Source: Nitrosopumilus sp.
GTDB taxonomy: Archaea > Thermoproteota > Nitrososphaeria > Nitrososphaerales > Nitrosopumilaceae
NCBI GenBank assembly: GCA_965204345.1
Contig: OZ241981.1
Location: 1,152,001 to 1,216,000, forward strand
Direction: 5' to 3'
Length of the DNA stretch: 64,000 bases
How positions within the stretch are numbered: the first letter of the stretch is position 1; every line of letters starts with the position of its first letter. This document shows positions 57,574 to 64,000 of the stretch, in pieces. The notes below the pieces were generated by a model. The model was not told the DNA's origin and did not search any database. It saw nothing but the letters and a program-made list of their open reading frames with translations. Position numbers and translations under genes: made by a program.

Positions 57574-59037
57574 TCATGCATCCGCATACATTGAAACTTC
57601 CCAGGCAGTGGGGGTTTGTGCAAAAGCAGTATATTCTTTGTATTTTAATTCAGCATATTGATCTAAAAAGTCAGTAGTAAAAATTTCTTCTAAGAATTTT
57701 GAATCACTTGCTAAAGAATCAAGTGCGCCTTTTAGAGATACAGGCAAAGATCCAATGTTATATTCGCGCTTTTTTTCTGTAGAGAGTTTGTATACATTTT
57801 CTTCAATAGGGTCTCCGGGATCAATTTTATTTTTTATTCCGTCTAATCCTGCAAGTAATAATGCAGCCTCTAAAAGATAGATATTTGCAGAAGGGTCAGG
57901 CACGCGATATTCAATTCTTTTACTCTTTTCTTGATTTCGGTTATACATTGGAATTCTGATTGCAGTAGAACGGTTTGCTAGTCCCCAACAGACATTGACA
58001 GGAGCTTCAAATCCGGGAACAAGACGCTTGTAAGAATTTGTCGTAGGGTTTGATATTGCACACAAAGCCGATGCATGACTCAGAATTCCTCCTACATAAT
58101 ATCTTCCAGTTTGACTCATTTGTGCTACGTCATCATCCCTATCATACATTACATTCGTATTTTCATTCCACAAACTCTGATGCGTGTGCATGGCCGATGC
58201 GTTATCACCAAAGATTGGTTTTGGCATAAATGTTGCAACTTTGTTTTTCCTTTTAGCTTTAATTTTAACTAAATTTTTTACTGCAATTACATTGTCTGCC
58301 ATAGAAATCATTTCATCATAAACCAGATTAATTTCACATTGGCCAGAAGTTGCTACCTCATGGTGTTCAGCTTCAATTTTTATTCCGAAATAATTATACA
58401 AATCATCACATACATCCTTTCTGAATCCTTCAAGTGTATCCTTGGGTTGTGATGGATAATATCCTTCTTTGATATCTATAGCAGTACTAACATTTCCTTT
58501 AGACCAAGGCGATTCTTTAGATTCTATAGAATAGCCGGATCCTCCTCCAGAATGCGTTGCAGCATAAGGTGATGGATAAACATTGATAGCATCAAATACA
58601 AAAAATTCTATCTCAGGACCCCAATTAGTATGGGTAAAACCAAATTCTCCAAGTTTTTCTGTTGCTTTGTGTGCAATTCCTCTAGAATCACGGTTATAGC
58701 GTGATTCTTTATTTGTGTTCCCATCATACAGATCACAAAATATTCTTGCATTTTTTCTGTGACCTGGATCATAGTCATTGGGAAGAACTTTAAATGACGT
58801 TGGATCAGGCATTAAGATCATATCAGAGTTATTTACCGACTTGAATCCAACAATCGAGCTTGCATCTAATTTTTCAAGACCGTTAACAAAGCTGTTCTTA
58901 TCAATTGCGTAACTTGGCATGCCAACGTTATGAAGCTCGCCGAAGATATCTACAAACCAGAAATCTATGAAAGATATATTTTCATCTTGAATGGCTTTTA
59001 ACACTTGATCTGAATTCAATTTTAATATTTTTAACAA
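57574..59037 (-). CDS. glnA: Glutamine synthetase type I family protein (divergent glutamate-binding loop)
   Basis: LDASSI, GPEIEFF, HHEVA...QCEI, FMPKP, DNASAMHTHQS, NSYKRLVPGFEAP, NRSTAIRIP, RIEYR. Confidence 0.88.
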   Translation of the reverse strand: MLKILKLNSDQVLKAIQDENISFIDFWFVDIFGELHNVGMPSYAIDKNSFVNGLEKLDASSIVGFKSVNNSDMILMPDPTSFKVLPNDYDPGHRKNARIFCDLYDGNTNKESRYNRDSRGIAHKATEKLGEFGFTHTNWGPEIEFFVFDAINVYPSPYAATHSGGGSGYSIESKESPWSKGNVSTAIDIKEGYYPSQPKDTLEGFRKDVCDDLYNYFGIKIEAEHHEVATSGQCEINLVYDEMISMADNVIAVKNLVKIKAKRKNKVATFMPKPIFGDNASAMHTHQSLWNENTNVMYDRDDDVAQMSQTGRYYVGGILSHASALCAISNPTTNSYKRLVPGFEAPVNVCWGLANRSTAIRIPMYNRNQEKSKRIEYRVPDPSANIYLLEAALLLAGLDGIKNKIDPGDPIEENVYKLSTEKKREYNIGSLPVSLKGALDSLASDSKFLEEIFTTDFLDQYAELKYKEYTAFAQTPTAWEVSMYADA

Positions 59038-59099
59038 ATTTCGTTACTAATGTTATCTAGTAAGATAGAATTGTCAAGTTAGTCAGGTAAATTATAAAA

Positions 59100-60455
59100 T
59101 TATTGATGTGAGCTGATCTTTGATGCCTTAAGGGCATCAAGTTCGTCTTCAAAGAAGAATTTATCTCCATATGCAGGTTCCAAGTCATCTAACCAAATTG
59201 CATTTTCATCATATTTTGCAAAAAATGGTTCATGTACCCAATCAGGGTTCCTTCCCTGTAAGAATCTCAAAACTATCAATTTTTGATCGTTTAATTGAAT
59301 TGTCCCGGCTACCTGTACTTTTCCAGGCGTGGCAGACATACTGGGTCCACGAACGGTTCTTGCTAATCCGCTTACAGACGAATATGCCTTGCTAAAAATC
59401 TCATATGCTTTGATTAAAGGAACGCCAAAGTAATGTTGTGCGCCTGTATCTCTTACAACAAACATGTAGTATGGTATACAACCTAGTTGAACCTGGGTAG
59501 TCCACATTTTTGCCCACATGTTGGCATCATCATTGATATGTGCCAATATTGGCGACTGGGTTCTAATTTGTGCACCTGTCTTTCTTATTTCTTTTATTGC
59601 GGATTTTACAGCATCTGTTGATAATTCATTTAGATGATTAAAGTGTCCCATGAAAGCTAGATGTAAACCGCTATCAGTAATTCGTCTGAAAACATCTAGC
59701 ATTTCTTCAGAATCAGAATCAGTCAAAAATTTGTAAGGCCAGTAGGAGAGAGCCTTTGTTCCAATTCGAATTGTTTTAAGATTTGGAATCTTCGATTCAA
59801 TTAATGCATCAATATACCTAGAGAATATTTTTGCTTTCATGATCATAGGATCACCGCCTGTAAAAAGTACATCACTGATTTCTGGATGTTCTGAGACATA
59901 TTGGGTTAATTGCTCGCCCTCTTGCATTGCAAATTTCATTTCATCCATTCCAACAAACTGCGGCCATCTAAAACAAAAGCTGCAGTACGCATGACATGTT
60001 TGGCTTTGACTGGGGAAAAAAAGACAGGTTTCCTTGTATTTATGTTGCATTCCATACAACTTTGTTCCATCTTTTAATGTAGGAACGTTTAGTTCCATTT
60101 GACCTGCCGGGTGGGGATTTAACTGTAAACGAATTTCATTTGCAACATTTGCTATTTCTTTTTTATCGGCATTATTTTTTAAAGCGGTTTCCATTTTTTT
60201 GTAATGCTCTGGATTTAACATTCCTTTCTGAGGGAAGGTCAAAACATACATTGGATCATTGGGAATATTATTCCAATCAATTAATTTTTCAACAACATAA
60301 TTATTTGCTTTAAACGGCAGTACATTTCCAACTACCTCCATTTCAAATTGGGTTTCTTCAGAAAGATTTTGAATGTGCGGAAGTGTGCGAAAATTTGATA
60401 ATGTATAAGACTTTAGTGATGGAGAACCACTCCATATTGATTCCTGATATGTCAT
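59100..60455 (-). CDS. KamA-family radical-SAM/PLP amino-acid 2,3-aminomutase
   Basis: HKYKET, CHAYCSFC (CxxxCxxC) + FR, FTGGDP, RIGTK, PYYMF, PGKV (candidate PLP lysine). Confidence 0.88.
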   Translation of the reverse strand: MTYQESIWSGSPSLKSYTLSNFRTLPHIQNLSEETQFEMEVVGNVLPFKANNYVVEKLIDWNNIPNDPMYVLTFPQKGMLNPEHYKKMETALKNNADKKEIANVANEIRLQLNPHPAGQMELNVPTLKDGTKLYGMQHKYKETCLFFPSQSQTCHAYCSFCFRWPQFVGMDEMKFAMQEGEQLTQYVSEHPEISDVLFTGGDPMIMKAKIFSRYIDALIESKIPNLKTIRIGTKALSYWPYKFLTDSDSEEMLDVFRRITDSGLHLAFMGHFNHLNELSTDAVKSAIKEIRKTGAQIRTQSPILAHINDDANMWAKMWTTQVQLGCIPYYMFVVRDTGAQHYFGVPLIKAYEIFSKAYSSVSGLARTVRGPSMSATPGKVQVAGTIQLNDQKLIVLRFLQGRNPDWVHEPFFAKYDENAIWLDDLEPAYGDKFFFEDELDALKASKISSHQ

Positions 60456-60602
60456 TTTGTAAGTAGGCTATTTGCCCTTGTTAAAGGTTACATGATTTTT
60501 ACGCACGGAATTTCTTAATTTATAAAAAACTTGATTAAAATTGGAAGTAAAAATGATAATAGTGGCTATCTTTGTATTCTAGAATGGAGAATGTGCTAGT
60601 TA

Positions 60603-62381
60603 ATGGCTGAAGACGAAATAATAGGAGCAGTTGCAGGACAGGCAAGTGAATTTCAAAGTGTCTCTGAATTAATAGGGTCATCTGAATCATTACAAATTGC
60701 ATTTACTGTTTTAGTTATTGGAATTATTGGAATCATACTGGTATATCGTGGTTTTTCAAATTGGGTCAAAACTCAAAAATTTAATTATGTAAGACCCCAT
60801 CTTTCACGATTTGTTAGAGTGGGTGTCTTGCCATTTTTTGCAATAATTCTCATTACCAGCATGAACATGTACATCCAATCCTTTGATGTATTTGATGAAT
60901 CCATAATAAAAGCAGAGCAAATTGCATTGGATATTGAAGAAAACCAAGAAGGAAAAAACCCAGCTGAAACTTTTTCCAAGATTCTCAATACGATCAACAT
61001 ACTTGTAATTGGATATTCAGTAGCACACTTAATTCCCATAATGCTTACTAAACGAGAAAAAAGCAATCTTGAGAAAGAAGATTTTGAAATGTGGAAAGAT
61101 ATGAGGGGCTTTTCTGATGATAAAGATGATTTATTTCATAAATTCTTCAAGTGGGTTGCACCTAAAAATACGCCGGAGGATATGTCTGAAGAAAATTTTG
61201 AAGAAAATCTCAAAACAGAAGAAGGAATGCGCATACTTGAAGAATACAGGACAACTAAAGGACTGCCAATTGGAAGTTATGAGCAACTGATCAAAGAACC
61301 GTTTGAAGAATGGAAAAAGTCTGAAAGAATAAAGTATAATGAATATTTTAAAAAAGCAGTCTCAGGAAACAATCAATCAGGAAAAAAGCTTAGAACAGGA
61401 CAAGAAACAGAAGAAATCTATCCAATTGACACATGGAGAGAAGAAAAAAGATTGGGCGGATTTGATCCGATAATTCCTGGTACAAAACCGCCCGGATATG
61501 CAGTAAGAAAAAGAAAAAATCTCCCTAAATCAATTTCACAAATTTTGCCTTTAGGAATTTTTGCAGTTGTGATTATTGGTGTCGTTAGTTGGTGGGGGAT
61601 TGATCTTATTGTACTTGCGACTGCAACAGGAGGATTGGCAATAGGTATAGGATTGGCTTTGCAAGAAACGATGCAGAATTATTTTGCATATATTTTGATT
61701 AGAAAGGATAAGATATTTGGAGAAGGAGAACGTGTCAAGCTAGATACTGGATATAACGGATATGTACATAAAATTACGCCTAGAGTTACCTATGTTAGAG
61801 ATGCGCTAAACGAATCATTTGCAGTAATTCCAACAAGACAGTTAGTTAATGCCCAAATAATCAACTATTCTAAAGAGATCAAGATGGTACCTGCAATTGT
61901 AGAAGTGGGTGTTTCGTACCTCAATGATCCAAAGCAAGTTTCGGCAATTCTTGTAAAAGTAGGAAATCGTGCAATGAAGGAAGTCATTGATAGGAAAGGA
62001 AGGCATCTAGTTAGACAGTTACGTTGTCCATACTTGGAAAAAAACAAGCCTAGTTGTGGATGTGACAACGATATTCATGTTGAAATAAATCAGCCGGTTG
62101 TACGATTCAATCAATTTAATGATTCATCATTAGATTTTTCATTGTGGCTTTATGTAAGGGATTATGGGGCACAGTTCAAGACCAAAACAGACATGAGAAT
62201 GATCATGTATGAAGAATTCAAGAAATATGACATTAGAATTCCATGGCCAATCAGAACTGTGTATCAGGGAGATGAAAAACGTGAGAAAGAAGAGATTGAC
62301 AAACTCAACGAACAAAGAAACAGTGTTATTGACAAATATGGTATCGGCGATATTGGTCGTGGCAGTGGAGAAGATGAATAA
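60603..62381 (+). CDS. MscS-family mechanosensitive channel with a large insertion
   Basis: GGLAIGIGLALQETMQNYFA TM3, GERV...GYV..I, IPT, VGVSY, F..SSLDF, IRIPWP. Confidence 0.88.
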   Translation: MAEDEIIGAVAGQASEFQSVSELIGSSESLQIAFTVLVIGIIGIILVYRGFSNWVKTQKFNYVRPHLSRFVRVGVLPFFAIILITSMNMYIQSFDVFDESIIKAEQIALDIEENQEGKNPAETFSKILNTINILVIGYSVAHLIPIMLTKREKSNLEKEDFEMWKDMRGFSDDKDDLFHKFFKWVAPKNTPEDMSEENFEENLKTEEGMRILEEYRTTKGLPIGSYEQLIKEPFEEWKKSERIKYNEYFKKAVSGNNQSGKKLRTGQETEEIYPIDTWREEKRLGGFDPIIPGTKPPGYAVRKRKNLPKSISQILPLGIFAVVIIGVVSWWGIDLIVLATATGGLAIGIGLALQETMQNYFAYILIRKDKIFGEGERVKLDTGYNGYVHKITPRVTYVRDALNESFAVIPTRQLVNAQIINYSKEIKMVPAIVEVGVSYLNDPKQVSAILVKVGNRAMKEVIDRKGRHLVRQLRCPYLEKNKPSCGCDNDIHVEINQPVVRFNQFNDSSLDFSLWLYVRDYGAQFKTKTDMRMIMYEEFKKYDIRIPWPIRTVYQGDEKREKEEIDKLNEQRNSVIDKYGIGDIGRGSGEDE

Positions 62382-62419
62382 TCCTCTCAAAACTTAAGAA
62401 TCCCATTAAATCACATTTC

Positions 62420-63298
62420 TTGTTGAGTAAATTAACTGTAATTGCAGGAAAATCATCTGAAGATTTAGCAAGAAAATTATCTAAAGAAATAAAGGCAAAT
62501 CTTGTTAAGTCAGAAATTAGGGTCTTTGCTGATGGAGAAAGCAAGATAACACTTTCAGGCAATATATCAAAAAGAAAAGCTGTTGTAGTTCAATCAATTT
62601 ATCCTCCGGTTGATACGAATTTAGTTCAAACACTGTCACTTATTTCAAAAGCTAGGGAAATATCATCAGAAGTGATTGCTATAATTCCATATATGGGGTA
62701 TGCAAGACAGGACAGAGAATTTTTACCAGGGGAAATTGTGACCATGAAAGTTCTTGGAAAATTATTTAGAAGTGCCGGTGCATCAAAAATTATTGCAGTA
62801 GATATTCACAGCATGATGGGTCTCAAATATTTTACCAGTAAAACAAAAAACGTGTCTGCAATACCCGAACTTGTAAAATATTTCAAAAAAATGAGCCTGA
62901 AAAATCCTCTTGTCATATCTCCTGATCAAGGAGGAAAAAAGAGGGCAAGAGAATTTGCAAGAGAATTAGGCTCAGAATATATTGCATTGGAGAAAAAAAG
63001 AGATAGAAAAACAGGAAAAATTCAGATAAAAACAAAGAATTTAGATGAGGTTGTTAATAGAGATTTGATTTTGGTTGATGATATGATTAGTACAGGAGGA
63101 AGTATTGTAAAAGCTACCCAATTTCTTAAAAAACAAAAATGTAAAAAAGTGTACGTTGCATGTACACACGCGTTATTAATGGATAATGCAGAAAAAAGAA
63201 TTAAAAAAGCTGGAGTTACTAAAATAATCAGCACAAATACAATTCCCAACAAAACATCCGTGGTAGATATTTCCAGCATTATTGCAAAGGCAATTTAG
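62420..63298 (+). CDS. prs: Ribose-phosphate pyrophosphokinase
   Basis: FADGE, PYMGYARQD, VDIH, SPDQGG, VDDMISTGGS, CTH, TNTIP. Confidence 0.95.
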   Translation: MLSKLTVIAGKSSEDLARKLSKEIKANLVKSEIRVFADGESKITLSGNISKRKAVVVQSIYPPVDTNLVQTLSLISKAREISSEVIAIIPYMGYARQDREFLPGEIVTMKVLGKLFRSAGASKIIAVDIHSMMGLKYFTSKTKNVSAIPELVKYFKKMSLKNPLVISPDQGGKKRAREFARELGSEYIALEKKRDRKTGKIQIKTKNLDEVVNRDLILVDDMISTGGSIVKATQFLKKQKCKKVYVACTHALLMDNAEKRIKKAGVTKIISTNTIPNKTSVVDISSIIAKAI

Positions 63299-63300
63299 CA

Positions 63301-64000
63301 ATGCCAGAAAGTTTTTTTGTTTTATCTAAAGATCACTTGGAACTTGCTACGGATGAAATTATTGCAATAGCAAAAATGTATGACAGATTTTCTAAAATTA
63401 AAGTGATTTCGAATTTGGTAATTGTACAGTCAAAGACAAATTGGAATGAAATTGCTAAAAGGGCAACATTTGTAAAAATTTCAGGACAAATATTACGTAA
63501 AATGTCGGGATTGTTTTTGAATGAAGAAAATGTTGGTGTTTTAAAAAATGCAAAAACATTTGTGTGTAGAGTTGTGAATTTGTCCTCAAACCAATTTAAT
63601 ATTCCAGAATTAGAAGGCTCTATGGGAGACATGATCTCAAAATTCTCTCATGCAAAAGTGAAATTAAAAAATCCAGATATCACCGTCTATCTGATTTTTA
63701 CAAATAATGAGAACTTTTTTGGATTTTCAAAGCGGGTTAAAGAAAAGACTAGGCCCAAAAAAATCAAAAAACATCCTCATGAATTGGATTGGAAGCTAAC
63801 AAGGGTAATGATTAATTTGATAGGCCTGAAAAAAGGAGAAACGGTGTGTGATCCATTTTGTGGTACTGGTACTACACTTTTAGAGGCCGAATCAATGGGC
63901 GTGCATGCCATCGGACTAGATTTTGACGAAAAAATGTGTGAAATCGCAAAAGCGAATCTCAAGGCAAACAAGTATAATTCAAAAGTTCTCAAGTCTGAAT
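63301..64000 (+). CDS. THUMP-domain tRNA (guanine-10 N2)-methyltransferase (Trm11/TrmG10-like), truncated by window end
   Basis: Open frame from ATG 63301 to the edge; KVKLKNPD THUMP segment, MINL, VCDPFCGTGTTLLEA, GLDFD. Confidence 0.78.
   Translation, partial: MPESFFVLSKDHLELATDEIIAIAKMYDRFSKIKVISNLVIVQSKTNWNEIAKRATFVKISGQILRKMSGLFLNEENVGVLKNAKTFVCRVVNLSSNQFNIPELEGSMGDMISKFSHAKVKLKNPDITVYLIFTNNENFFGFSKRVKEKTRPKKIKKHPHELDWKLTRVMINLIGLKKGETVCDPFCGTGTTLLEAESMGVHAIGLDFDEKMCEIAKANLKANKYNSKVLKSE

Noticed and set aside
1-64000. CRISPR array or cas operon suggested by the Cas4-like gene
   Set aside because: No regularly spaced repeats and no other cas genes seen in the window.

Overview
AT-rich archaeal chromosomal segment whose gene content points to an ammonia-oxidising archaeon of the Nitrosopumilus type (Nitrososphaerota/Thaumarchaeota): egsA, PCNA, rpoL/TFS, psmB-aCPSF1, the PoK-PPS-panB-coaBC CoA cluster, bluB/cbiH, a PEFG-CTERM protein and a solo Cas4. 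Most of the window is housekeeping, with two tRNAs: Val-GAC with an unusual C33, and Arg-CCT with an 18-nt D-loop intron. Two accessory loci stand out. (1) A KamA-family radical-SAM aminomutase, a GS-I glutamine synthetase with an altered glutamate-binding loop, and a divergent MscS channel (57574-62381) form a candidate beta-glutamate/beta-glutamine osmolyte module. (2) A decayed ~3.9-kb integrative island (46560-50495, flanked by a 9-bp direct repeat) holds integrase, IS481-like and PIN-domain pseudogenes around an intact DprA-like + PRTase pair resembling the ShosTA/DprA-PRTase antiviral systems. Also present are several microprotein genes missed by the ORF track, a homopolymer frameshift in a class-V aminotransferase, a possible second integrase remnant and two clusters of repeated operator-like motifs. 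All calls come from reading motifs by eye; no database searches were run.
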